64,000 bases of DNA, taken from the NCBI GenBank assembly GCA_041179465.1, contig JBEGTJ010000003.1, positions 2,229 through 66,228 of the forward strand, written 5' to 3'. Source of the DNA: Bacteroidota bacterium. Lineage in GTDB: Bacteria > Bacteroidota > Bacteroidia > Flavobacteriales > Schleiferiaceae. The translations under genes were made by a program, and so were the position numbers. Positions 9,828-17,780 of the stretch are shown here, piece after piece. The first letter of the stretch is position 1. The number at the start of each line of letters is the position of its first letter. The notes under the pieces are model-generated. The model did no database searches, was not told where the DNA came from, and was given only the letters and a program-made list of their open reading frames with translations.

Positions 9828-10448
9828 TTAAAACGTTTGAACGGCAATGAGAATGAGGACGAGGACCACGCTCGAGAGGAGGTAGCTGTCCAGACGGTCG
9901 AGGAATCCGCCATGGCCGGGCAGAAACACGCCCGAATCTTTCACTCCCGACACGCGCTTGAAGTAGGAGCCCACCAAGTCGCCCACCGGCGCGGCCGCAG
10001 CCACGGTCGCCGGGAGCAGGAGGGAAAGCGCCATCGAGGTGTGCAGCACGGAATGAAGCAGGACGTGGCCCACTCCGAAGGTGCAGATTAGGCCTACGGC
10101 CAAGCCCTCCCAGGTCTTTTTGGGCGAAAGCACCGGCGCCATCGGCCTGCGGCCCCAAAGGCGTCCGCCCACGTAGGCCATGGAGTCCGAAAGCCAAATG
10201 AGCACAAAGACCGCAAAAATGGACTGGCCGCCGCCCACGCCCCAAAGCCATCCGGTCGCGAGGGCGCTGGCAAAGGCGTAAAGGATTCCGGCCGAGCGAA
10301 GCTTGGGGCTCAGGTTCGGGAGTTGGGTGAATTCGTAGGCGACTCCGGCCAAAAGCAGGAACAGCAGGGCGGGCGTCCACGAGAAGCCGAGGCACAAGAA
10401 CGCGACGACTAGGGCATACACGAGGCCCCAGATGCTGCGCTGCATCAT
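9828..10448 (-). CDS. cdsA: phosphatidate cytidylyltransferase
   Basis: SDSMAYVGGRLWGRRPMAPVLSPKKTWEG and the FLPGHGGFLDRLDS signatures. The start overlaps the stop of the upstream LUD gene (ATGA). At 206 aa it is shorter than many CdsA proteins. Confidence 0.8.
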   Translation of the reverse strand: MMQRSIWGLVYALVVAFLCLGFSWTPALLFLLLAGVAYEFTQLPNLSPKLRSAGILYAFASALATGWLWGVGGGQSIFAVFVLIWLSDSMAYVGGRLWGRRPMAPVLSPKKTWEGLAVGLICTFGVGHVLLHSVLHTSMALSLLLPATVAAAAPVGDLVGSYFKRVSGVKDSGVFLPGHGGFLDRLDSYLLSSVVLVLILIAVQTF

Positions 10449-11074
10449 AGGTCGGCAAAGAGGTGGTCTTCGACGAGGAAGAAGTACAGTTCGCGGCCCT
10501 TGTTGGGGTCGACTTTGGCTTGCAGAACGGCCTCGTCGCGCTTGCCCTTGAGGGTGATGATGCTCAGGGGGCGCTGCTCGCGGTGGAATTTGTTGATGGC
10601 GGCCATTCCATCAGACAGGCTGTTGACGACCTGAGACACGCGGGCGACCACCAGGTGCACGGCAGGGAGCTGCGCAAACTTCAACCCTTGGGTTTGGGCG
10701 TCGGTGATCATGATGCCTCCGGTTTGGGCCACGGCCGCATGGCAGGTGGTCGCCATGGCGTCGGCTTCGAGGGGATTGTCGTGAACGACCTGCAGCCCCG
10801 CCTGCTGAAACCACGCGTGCAGGTGTTTTTCAGGAACAAAAAACTGGGTTTGGCCGGTTTCTGATCCTACGGCTTTCAGGTTGTCGACGACCTCGTCGAT
10901 GCTGCCGCAGTACAAAAAAAGGCCGCCTGACTGGGTGAAGCGCCGCACAAAAGCGAGGTCTACGGGATCTTCGAGCGCGGCGTACTTGCCCAAATTGGGG
11001 TCCGCCACTTCGTCGCCCCCCGCTTGAGGAGCGCCGCTGAGCACCGTCAGGAATTTACCGATCCAACCCGCCAT
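10445..11074 (-). CDS. LUD (LutC-like) domain protein
   Basis: 209 aa. It occupies the conserved position between ftsH and cdsA, and ATTCHAAVAQTGGIMIT...LPAVHLVVA matches the LUD-domain pattern. Confidence 0.6.
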   Translation of the reverse strand: MAGWIGKFLTVLSGAPQAGGDEVADPNLGKYAALEDPVDLAFVRRFTQSGGLFLYCGSIDEVVDNLKAVGSETGQTQFFVPEKHLHAWFQQAGLQVVHDNPLEADAMATTCHAAVAQTGGIMITDAQTQGLKFAQLPAVHLVVARVSQVVNSLSDGMAAINKFHREQRPLSIITLKGKRDEAVLQAKVDPNKGRELYFFLVEDHLFADL

Positions 11075-11123
11075 TTACTGGCGAAAATAACACATAAATG
11101 CTTCGCAGCGCGCGTCCACCCAA

Positions 11124-13277
11124 TTAGGCTTCAGGTTGCCCTTCGCTCGCGGCTTCGGCAGGCGCGTCGGCCAGCGGGAGTTCGGTGGGGTCGGGGTCTG
11201 CCTGGGGCGTTGCCGCGGCCTCGGGCGCCTCGGCCGAATCGGGTGTTGCTGCCGCTTCGGGCGCCGGTACCGACGCTGCTGTTGCTGCGGCTTCAGGCGC
11301 CTCGGCAGCCTCTTCGAGGGCGGCAAGGCGTTCTTCGCGGCTCTTCCACGGGCGCTCGCCAAAAATCTCGACGAGGTTGTCTCTGAAGATTACTTCTTTG
11401 GTCAGCAATTCCTGGGCAAGGGCCTCGAGCTTTTCTCGGTTGCCGCGGAGCAGCTCTTTGGCGCGCTCGTACTGGCCTTCAATGAGCTTGCTGATCTCTT
11501 CGTCGATGACTTCGGCGGTCCGCTCCGAATAGGGCTTGTCGAACTGGTATTCGTTTTGGCCCGACGAATCGTAGTAGGTGATGTTGCCCAGGCGGTCGTT
11601 GAGGCCATAAACCGCAACCATGGCGCGGGCTTGCTTGGTCACTTTTTCGAGGTCGCTGAGGGCCCCAGTCGTCACTCGGCCAAAAATCACCTCTTCGGCA
11701 GCGCGTCCGCCCAGGGTGGCGCACATTTCGTCGAGCATTTGCTCGGTGCTGTTCAGCTGGCGCTCTTCGGGAAGGTACCAGGCGGCGCCCAAGGAGCGTC
11801 CGCGCGGAACAATCGTCACCTTGACCAGCGGCGAGGCGTGCTCGAGCAGCCAGCTCACGGTGGCGTGCCCCGACTCGTGGTAGGCGATGATTTCTTTCTC
11901 TTCGGGCGTAATGATTTTGGACTTTTTCTCGAGTCCGCCCACGATGCGGTCGACGGCGTCGAGGAAGTCCTGTTTTTCCACCACGCTTTTGTTCTTGCGG
12001 GCGGCCACCAAGGCGGCTTCGTTGCACACGTTGGCGATGTCGGCGCCGCTGAATCCCGGGGTTTGGCGGGCCAGAAACTCGACGTCTACGTTTTCGCCCA
12101 ATTTGAGCGGACGCAGGTGCACCTTGAAAATCTCAATGCGCTCGGTGACCTCGGGAAGGTCCACGTAGATGATGCGGTCGAAGCGGCCGGCGCGCATCAG
12201 GGCGCGGTCCAAAATGTCGGCCCGGTTGGTGGCGGCCATCACGATGACGTGCTCGTTGGTCCCAAAACCGTCCATTTCGGTGAGGAGTTGGTTGAGCGTG
12301 TTCTCGCGCTCGTCGTTGCCGCCGCTGAACGCGTTGCGGCCGCGGGCCCGTCCGATGGCGTCAATCTCGTCGATGAAGATGATGCTCGGCGACTTTTCTT
12401 TGGCTTGCTTGAACAGGTCGCGGACCCGGCTCGCGCCCACGCCCACAAACATTTCGACAAAATCGGAGCCGCTCAGCGAGAAGAAGGGCACTTGGGCTTC
12501 GCCGGCCACGGCCTTGGCCAGCAAGGTTTTACCGGTTCCCGGAGGGCCGCTCAGCAGCACTCCTTTGGGGATTTTGCCCCCGAGGTCGGTGTATTTTTTG
12601 GGATTTTTCAAAAAGTCCACGACTTCGAGAACCTCGTCTTTGGCGCCGTCGAGGCCGGCCACGTCCTTGAAGGTCACCTTCACGGCGTTGTCGGCGTCAA
12701 ACATTTGCGCGCGGCTCTTGCCAATGTTGAAAATTTGGCCGCCGGGTCCGCCCGCGCCGCCGCCGCCCATGCGGCGCATCAAGAAGAACCAAATGGCGGC
12801 AAACAGCAAAATCGGCACAATCCAGGCCAAGGCCTCGCCCCAGTAGTTGGGTTCGTCTTTGTATTCAACGTTGATTTCGGCCACCTCGGGGTGCTGGGTG
12901 TAGAAGCGCTCCATCGCGCGGTCAAACGACTCGGCGGGCATTTCAAACACGTAGTGCGGACCTTGGTTCGGGGCGTCTCCCAGCGTGGTCTTGGCGAGCT
13001 CGGCGTACTCGTCAAGGGCCGCCAAGCTGTCGGCGTTGACGAATACGTACACCTCTTTGCTGTTCACGACCTTGACGCGGTCGACGTGTCCGCGCTCAAT
13101 GCGGGCACTGAGCTCGTTAAAGGTCGACGGCTTGGTTTGGCTACCGAACTGGCTTTGCGCGAATTGAAGGCCCAGAAGACCCACAAACACGGCTATATAC
13201 AGCCAGCTGAAATTGAACTTGGGAAGGCCTCCTTTGGGCGATTCGCCCGGCTTGGGGCCTTTATTTTTTTTGCTCAT
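11124..13277 (-). CDS. ftsH: ATP-dependent zinc metalloprotease FtsH
   Basis: Walker [17 protein letters not shown] region, and Zn site HESGHA. It carries a long Ala/Pro/Glu-rich C-terminal tail. Confidence 0.95.
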   Translation of the reverse strand: MSKKNKGPKPGESPKGGLPKFNFSWLYIAVFVGLLGLQFAQSQFGSQTKPSTFNELSARIERGHVDRVKVVNSKEVYVFVNADSLAALDEYAELAKTTLGDAPNQGPHYVFEMPAESFDRAMERFYTQHPEVAEINVEYKDEPNYWGEALAWIVPILLFAAIWFFLMRRMGGGGAGGPGGQIFNIGKSRAQMFDADNAVKVTFKDVAGLDGAKDEVLEVVDFLKNPKKYTDLGGKIPKGVLLSGPPGTGKTLLAKAVAGEAQVPFFSLSGSDFVEMFVGVGASRVRDLFKQAKEKSPSIIFIDEIDAIGRARGRNAFSGGNDERENTLNQLLTEMDGFGTNEHVIVMAATNRADILDRALMRAGRFDRIIYVDLPEVTERIEIFKVHLRPLKLGENVDVEFLARQTPGFSGADIANVCNEAALVAARKNKSVVEKQDFLDAVDRIVGGLEKKSKIITPEEKEIIAYHESGHATVSWLLEHASPLVKVTIVPRGRSLGAAWYLPEERQLNSTEQMLDEMCATLGGRAAEEVIFGRVTTGALSDLEKVTKQARAMVAVYGLNDRLGNITYYDSSGQNEYQFDKPYSERTAEVIDEEISKLIEGQYERAKELLRGNREKLEALAQELLTKEVIFRDNLVEIFGERPWKSREERLAALEEAAEAPEAAATAASVPAPEAAATPDSAEAPEAAATPQADPDPTELPLADAPAEAASEGQPEA
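11193..11300 (-). repeat. three imperfect 36-nt tandem repeats encoding APEAAAT-x5 in the FtsH tail
   Basis: The translation reads [12 protein letters not shown] / [12 protein letters not shown] / [12 protein letters not shown]. The DNA units gttgc(t/c)gc(c/g)gc(t/c)tc(g/a)ggcgcc are visible on the plus strand. Confidence 0.7.
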
Positions 13278-13283
13278 CAGAAA

Positions 13284-13670
13284 TTAAACAGCTTCAACGA
13301 GGTATTGTTGGGGGAGGGCAACCGAAACCGCATCGGCCCAAAGGCCTTCGAGGTCATAAAACACGCGGGCTTCGCGCTGAAAGAGGTGCACCACCACCGA
13401 CACGTAGTCCATGAGAATCCATTCCGATTGCTGCGCGCCTTCGACGTGCCACGGCTTGTCGTTGGCCTCTTCGCGCACCCGTTTGTGCACGGCTTCAGCC
13501 ATGGCGTTCACTTGGGTCGTGGATTGGGCCTCGGCCACAATAAAAAAGTCGCACACGGCGTTTTCAAGTCCGCGCAGGTCGAGGAGTACGAGGTTCTCCC
13601 CCTTAATGTCACTCACGCCCTCAAGGGCGCTGCGCACGATTTGGGGAAGTTCGGCAAAGGATGCAGTCAT
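13284..13670 (-). CDS. rsfS: ribosome silencing factor RsfS
   Basis: 128 aa. DFFIVAEAQSTTQVNAMAEAV...W.LMDY..VVVHLF is the RsfS/iojap pattern, and it lies upstream of ftsH as in Flavobacteriia. Confidence 0.85.
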   Translation of the reverse strand: MTASFAELPQIVRSALEGVSDIKGENLVLLDLRGLENAVCDFFIVAEAQSTTQVNAMAEAVHKRVREEANDKPWHVEGAQQSEWILMDYVSVVVHLFQREARVFYDLEGLWADAVSVALPQQYLVEAV

Positions 13671-13674
13671 TCGG

Positions 13675-13682
13675 TAAAATTA
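13675..13682 (-). promoter_or_regulatory. near-consensus -7 box TAATTTTA, 4 nt upstream of the rsfS ATG
   Basis: One mismatch to TAnnTTTG (final G to A). The 4-nt spacing matches the exact boxes elsewhere in the window. Confidence 0.3.
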
Positions 13683-13747
13683 CCCGCCCTTCAGCACAAT
13701 TAAGGTGCCAATTTGGTCGATCGGCGGAATTGCGGGGTAATTCGCCG

Positions 13748-13755
13748 CATTTTTG
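13748..13755 (+). promoter_or_regulatory. near-consensus -7 box CATTTTTG, 4 nt upstream of the birA ATG
   Basis: One mismatch (T to C at position 1), followed by cagt and then the ATG at 13760. Confidence 0.25.
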
Positions 13756-13759
13756 CAGT

Positions 13760-14500
13760 ATGCCGCCCGCGTCAGGTCCAATTAAGTACATTAAATTCAG
13801 TGAGTTAGACTCGACTCAGTCGTGGGCGCACGCGAATCCAGATTCCTGGAACCCCCAGGGATGGACTGCCATAACGGCAGGCACGCAGCGCCAGGGCCGC
13901 GGAAGCGGGTCCACCACCTGGCACGACGTTGCCGGAGCGTCCTTGCTGCTGACCTTGGTGAGTCCTCCTCTGTCGTGGTCGGCCTCTTGGGTCTTTGTGC
14001 GCCACGCGCAGGCCTCCTTGGCTACGGCGGAATGGCTGGAGTCCCGCGGGTTCTCTGTGCAGCTCAAGTGGCCTAATGACTTGTACCTCAACGGACTGAA
14101 GCTGGGCGGATTCCTCACCGAAGCCTACTGGCACGGCGGCACGTGCGCGCGCTGGTTTCTCGGAATCGGAATCAACGTTACGCAGGCGCCTGAGGGTTGC
14201 GCGCACCTTGAGGGCATACCGCTGGAGGGGATGGCGGAGGCGGTGTCAGCGCACCTGGTGGACGCGCTGGGCGGGCCCATTCCGGAAGCCACGCTCAACC
14301 GCTATGCCCAACAGCTCTTAGGTTGGCAGCGCGAATGTGGATTTACAGACGCGGCCACGGGCGAATCGTTTCGGGCGACCCCACGCTTCGTGTCTCCCGA
14401 CGGTAGGTTGGGGATACAGCTGCCTTCAGGTGCCCTGCGTTGGGTCGGCCACAAAGAAGTGATTTGGACCGACTGGGGCGGTCTGGAAGGTCGGCGTTAG
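13760..14500 (+). CDS. birA: biotin--[acetyl-CoA-carboxylase] ligase (no HTH domain)
   Basis: SELDSTQSWA, QRQGRGSGSTTW and KWPNDLYLNGLKLGG motifs. I chose the start at MPPASGPIKY. The protein is short, so it is class I without a repressor domain. Confidence 0.75.
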   Translation: MPPASGPIKYIKFSELDSTQSWAHANPDSWNPQGWTAITAGTQRQGRGSGSTTWHDVAGASLLLTLVSPPLSWSASWVFVRHAQASLATAEWLESRGFSVQLKWPNDLYLNGLKLGGFLTEAYWHGGTCARWFLGIGINVTQAPEGCAHLEGIPLEGMAEAVSAHLVDALGGPIPEATLNRYAQQLLGWQRECGFTDAATGESFRATPRFVSPDGRLGIQLPSGALRWVGHKEVIWTDWGGLEGRR

Positions 14501-15153
14501 CGGGCCTGAAAGGCCTCTGACCACGCGGACGGGTCGTTCCGCCAGCCGGCCAGGGCCTTGAGTTCTTCGGTGTTCAAGGTTCCGCGCGATTCCGCCGACT
14601 TGAGCAGGTGGTCGTAGTCGCTCAAGGTGTGCAGGCTGCACGACGCGGCGGCGAAGGCCTCGGTGGCGGCGGGGAATCCGTAGGTGAAAATGGCCGTCAT
14701 GCCCAGAACTTGGGCTCCGGCTTCGCGAAGCGCTTCGACGGCCTGGAGCGACGACTTGCCGGTCGACACGAGGTCCTCAATGACTACGACGCGGGCGTTT
14801 TTGGGCAATTCGCCCTCGATGAGGTTTTGACGTCCGTGCTCCTTAGCCGACGAGCGCACGTACACCATGGGCAGGTCGAGCTCCTGAGCCACCAAGGCAG
14901 CGAGGGCAATTGCGCCGGTCGCGACGCCGGCGACGACGTCGACCGAAGGGTACTGCGCCTGGATCAGGGCCGACATGTGCTCGCGCAAGTAGGTCCGAAC
15001 GCGCGGGTGCGAAAGGGTTACGCGGTTGTCGCAGTAAATGGGAGACTTGAGTCCAGAGGCCCACGTAAAGGGTTCGTCGGGACGCAGCGAAACGGCTTTA
15101 ATTTGCAGAAGGAGTCCGGCCAGTGTTTCGGCCGACTTGGCATCAAAAATCAT
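14497..15153 (-). CDS. pyrE: orotate phosphoribosyltransferase
   Basis: MIFDAKSAETLAGLLLQIKAVSL...SGLKSPIYCDNR...VVVIEDLVSTGKSS (PRPP-binding loop). The 343-aa ORF extension upstream of this Met overlaps the NUDIX gene and is rejected. Confidence 0.9.
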   Translation of the reverse strand: MIFDAKSAETLAGLLLQIKAVSLRPDEPFTWASGLKSPIYCDNRVTLSHPRVRTYLREHMSALIQAQYPSVDVVAGVATGAIALAALVAQELDLPMVYVRSSAKEHGRQNLIEGELPKNARVVVIEDLVSTGKSSLQAVEALREAGAQVLGMTAIFTYGFPAATEAFAAASCSLHTLSDYDHLLKSAESRGTLNTEELKALAGWRNDPSAWSEAFQAR

Positions 15154-15583
15154 GGCGCAAAAGTACAGCGAGCAAGCGGTCACGGCCGCGGGGGGGTGGG
15201 TAGAAAATTCCCACGGAGAAGTTTTGTGGATCCACCGGTTGGGCCGCTGGGACCTTCCCAAAGGCAAACTCGAAGAGGGCGAGGAAATTGCGTCCTGCGC
15301 CCTGCGCGAAGTGGAGGAAGAATGCGGGCTGGGCGGGCTTGAATTGGGTCCGAAATTGCTCGAGACCGTGCATGCGTACACGCAAAACGGCCAGAAGTAC
15401 GTGAAAACCACCCACTGGTACCGCATGTCGGTTTCAGGGCGGCCCGAGCTGACGCCCCAAACCGAGGAGGGCATCGAGGACGTGCGCTGGATGGCCGAAG
15501 CCGAGTGGCGCGCCGCCGCGGCCGACACCTACCCGAGCATTCAGGAGGTGATGCGCACGGCCGGAGGCACAAAGAGCGTGTAG
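15152..15583 (+). CDS. NUDIX hydrolase
   Basis: Nudix box GKLEEGEEIASCALREVEEECGL. The start at MAQKYSEQ shares the palindrome CATG (15151-15154) with the pyrE start on the other strand. Confidence 0.8.
   Translation: MAQKYSEQAVTAAGGWVENSHGEVLWIHRLGRWDLPKGKLEEGEEIASCALREVEEECGLGGLELGPKLLETVHAYTQNGQKYVKTTHWYRMSVSGRPELTPQTEEGIEDVRWMAEAEWRAAAADTYPSIQEVMRTAGGTKSV
15158..15165 (-). promoter_or_regulatory. -7 box TACTTTTG, 4 nt upstream of the pyrE ATG and inside NUDIX codons 3-5
   Basis: Exact TAnnTTTG on the minus strand (plus-strand caaaagta). Confidence 0.45.
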
Positions 15584-16002
15584 TCGCCGCGGTAGCGCAC
15601 CACCTCGCGCACATGGCTTGAGGCGATGTAGGCAAACCGTGCCCGCGTCTGAAAAAACACCGTTTCGATTTGGGGCTCGAGCTCGCGGTTGGTTTGGGCG
15701 ATCGCCTTTTCAAACTCAAAATCGGCGGGGTTGCGCAGTCCGCGCACCAGGTATTGGGCCCCGAGGCTCCGGGCGTAGTCGATGGTCAGGCCCTCGTAGC
15801 TCGCCACTTCGACGTGCGGTAGGTCGGCAAAGGCCTGGCTCACCCATTCCATGCGCTGCTCGAGCGAAAACATGTACTTCTTGTCGGCGTTGACTCCGAT
15901 TCCGACCACCACGCGGTCAAACAGGGTGGCGGCACGGCGCACGATGTCGTCGTGGCCGAGGGTGAGCGGATCAAAAGATCCGGGGAACAGCGCGGTCTTC
16001 AT
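15541..16002 (-). CDS. coaD: phosphopantetheine adenylyltransferase
   Basis: MKTALFPGSFDPLTLGHDDIVRRA (the T/HxGH motif region). 153 aa from this Met. Confidence 0.9.
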   Translation of the reverse strand: MKTALFPGSFDPLTLGHDDIVRRAATLFDRVVVGIGVNADKKYMFSLEQRMEWVSQAFADLPHVEVASYEGLTIDYARSLGAQYLVRGLRNPADFEFEKAIAQTNRELEPQIETVFFQTRARFAYIASSHVREVVRYRGDYTLFVPPAVRITS

Positions 16003-16993
16003 GGCGGTTGAGGGTGGCTTCGGCAAGGTCGGCGATAAAATGGCGCATCTCGATGCCGGCGGCCTTGAGCTGGCGGGGAACGATGCTTTCGGCGCTCATT
16101 CCCGGGATGGTGTTGATTTCGATGAGCACCGGGTCGCTACCGTCGGCGGGCAGGATGAAGTCGGCACGAACGAATCCGCGCAGGGTCATGCCCTCCACCA
16201 GGGTGCGGGTGGCCCGGCGCACGGCCTCGGCGGCGGCGTCGGGGATTCGGGCCGGCGTGATTTCTTCAGAGGCGCCTTGGTACTTCGCTTCGAAGTCAAA
16301 AAATGCTTTTTTGGGAACGATTTCGGTGATGCCTAAAATGCGAATTCCGTCGGGCGCGACGAAGGCGCCGCAGCCCAGTTCGGTGCCCGCCACGCCCTGC
16401 TCGACGACGAGCTCGGGGTCTTCGTGCCACGCAAAGTCGCGGGCTTCGGGCCACTCTGCGGCCGAAGTGATGCGGGTGACTCCGTAGCTCGAGCCGCTCC
16501 GGCACGGTTTGACGAACAGGGGAAAGGCGTGTTCCGCCATAAAGCGGTGGACCGCCGACTCGTCGGCTCCGCGCCGAAGCGGAACCGAAGGCATGACGCG
16601 CACGCCGAGCCGCTGGGCCACGGCGTTGGTCCACAGCTTGTGAAAGGTGAGCGCAGACGCCGCGGGACTGCAGCTGGAGTAGGGGATTCCGGCGAGCTCC
16701 CAGGCCATGGCAAGGCTGCCGTCTTCGCCCGGATGTCCGTGGATGAGGTTGAGGATGGCGTCGAGGCGGCGTTCCCGGCCGTCGACGTCAATGATGGTCC
16801 AGCTGCGGTCGCTGAAGCGCAAGGGCAGGCCCGAGGCATCGAAGGCCTTCCAGCCCGCGTCGGGATGCAGTTCGAGGCGCACCGGGTCGTAGCGCATGGG
16901 GTCGAGGACGTCAAAAACATGGCTTCCGCTCAGCAGCGAAATGCCGAATTCACTAGAGTAGCCGCCCATGGCTACGGCAACGAGGGGACGCAT
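15971..16993 (-). CDS. ddl: D-alanine--D-alanine ligase
   Basis: VAVAMGGYSSEFGISLLSG...IHGHPGEDGSLA...FPLFVKPCRSGSSYGV...EINTIPGMS. The start at MRPLVAV is supported by the promoter box 4 nt upstream. Confidence 0.9.
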   Translation of the reverse strand: MRPLVAVAMGGYSSEFGISLLSGSHVFDVLDPMRYDPVRLELHPDAGWKAFDASGLPLRFSDRSWTIIDVDGRERRLDAILNLIHGHPGEDGSLAMAWELAGIPYSSCSPAASALTFHKLWTNAVAQRLGVRVMPSVPLRRGADESAVHRFMAEHAFPLFVKPCRSGSSYGVTRITSAAEWPEARDFAWHEDPELVVEQGVAGTELGCGAFVAPDGIRILGITEIVPKKAFFDFEAKYQGASEEITPARIPDAAAEAVRRATRTLVEGMTLRGFVRADFILPADGSDPVLIEINTIPGMSAESIVPRQLKAAGIEMRHFIADLAEATLNRHEDRAVPRIF

Positions 16994-16997
16994 GGGC

Positions 16998-17005
16998 CAA
17001 AGATA
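16998..17005 (-). promoter_or_regulatory. -7 box TATCTTTG, 4 nt upstream of the ddl ATG
   Basis: Exact TAnnTTTG on the minus strand (plus-strand caaagata). Confidence 0.45.
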
Positions 17006-17017
17006 GATGCCTCGGAC

Positions 17018-17025
17018 TACCTTTG
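17018..17025 (+). promoter_or_regulatory. -7 box TACCTTTG, 5 nt upstream of the PASTA-gene ATG
   Basis: Exact TAnnTTTG. It sits back-to-back with the ddl box inside the 37-nt divergent spacer. Confidence 0.45.
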
Positions 17026-17030
17026 TGCCA

Positions 17031-17780
17031 ATGGGTGATTTGTGGCTGTTTCTCAAGAGCAAGACCTTCGCGGTCAATGCCGTGCTGGCGCTGGTGTTTT
17101 TTATCGTGCTGGGGCTTTCGGCCCAAACGGTGCTGAAGTGGATTACCGGCTATGGCGAAGTGAAGACGGTGCCCGACCTTACGGGGATGAGCTTTGACGA
17201 GGCCGTTCAGGCCCTCGACGAAGTGGGCCTCGAGGGGATGCTGCTGGATTCCGCGCTGTACCGCCGCGAACTCAGGCCCCAGGAGGTGTACCAACAGTAC
17301 CCGGTTGCCGGAGCCGTCGTCAAGGAAGGCCGCCAAGTGATGCTCACCATCAACCGTTCGAAGGCCGAGCTGGTGAGCCTGCCGGCGATCAAGGAGCGCA
17401 CGCTTGCTCGGGCCGAGATGGACCTGCGGTCGCGCGGACTTTGGGTCGCCGACATTCAGTACGTGCCCGACCTCACCGACGGGCTGGTGCTCGAAGTAGA
17501 ATACAACGGCCGCCTGCTCGAGGCCGGAAGCAAAGTGCGCAAAGGTGCCGGGCTGACCCTGCGGGTGGGCATGCGCAGCGGCGAGCTCACGCAGGCCGTT
17601 CCCGACCTTACCGGTTTGAGCTACGGCGAGGCCAAGGCCCTGCTCCTGATGTCGGGGTTGGGCATTCAGCTGATGGAAGGCGACAGCCTCTCGGGCGCCG
17701 TGTCTACGCAGAGTCCGGGGCCGTCGAACGGCGCTCCAGCGCTTCCGGCCCAAGCCAACGTGCGGGTATGGATCAAGTAA
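17031..17780 (+). CDS. membrane-anchored PASTA-domain protein
   Basis: N-terminal TM helix (FAVNAVLALVFFIVLGL) followed by three ~65-aa repeats beginning VPDLTGMS / LPAIKERT / VPDLTGLSYGEA, which are typical PASTA units. It occupies the conserved ddl-PASTA-rluD position. Confidence 0.7.
   Translation: MGDLWLFLKSKTFAVNAVLALVFFIVLGLSAQTVLKWITGYGEVKTVPDLTGMSFDEAVQALDEVGLEGMLLDSALYRRELRPQEVYQQYPVAGAVVKEGRQVMLTINRSKAELVSLPAIKERTLARAEMDLRSRGLWVADIQYVPDLTDGLVLEVEYNGRLLEAGSKVRKGAGLTLRVGMRSGELTQAVPDLTGLSYGEAKALLLMSGLGIQLMEGDSLSGAVSTQSPGPSNGAPALPAQANVRVWIK

Noticed and set aside
9828-10448. CdsA as a truncated pseudogene because it is only 206 aa
   Set aside because: All conserved C-terminal motifs are intact, the start overlaps the upstream stop in a normal ATGA coupling, and there are no frame disruptions. 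It is more likely a naturally short N-terminus.
11136-13703. 855-aa ORF on the plus strand opposite ftsH and rsfS
   Set aside because: It is antisense to two unmistakable genes. It is rich in Arg, Gly, Ala and Val with no recognisable motif, which is typical of a spurious open frame in GC-rich DNA.
15154-15528. N-terminal extension of the pyrE ORF (343-aa version). The same kind of extension occurs on purL (25045-25503), the 2-hydroxyacid dehydrogenase (53926-54408), rsmA (56035-56544), the NlpC/P60 gene (59805-60557) and the T9SS cargo gene (17441-17767).
   Set aside because: Each extension overlaps a well-supported neighbouring gene, has Arg/Pro/Gly-rich non-protein-like composition, and precedes an internal Met that gives the canonical family N-terminus. 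For several genes that Met is also supported by a promoter box or by an ATGA overlap.
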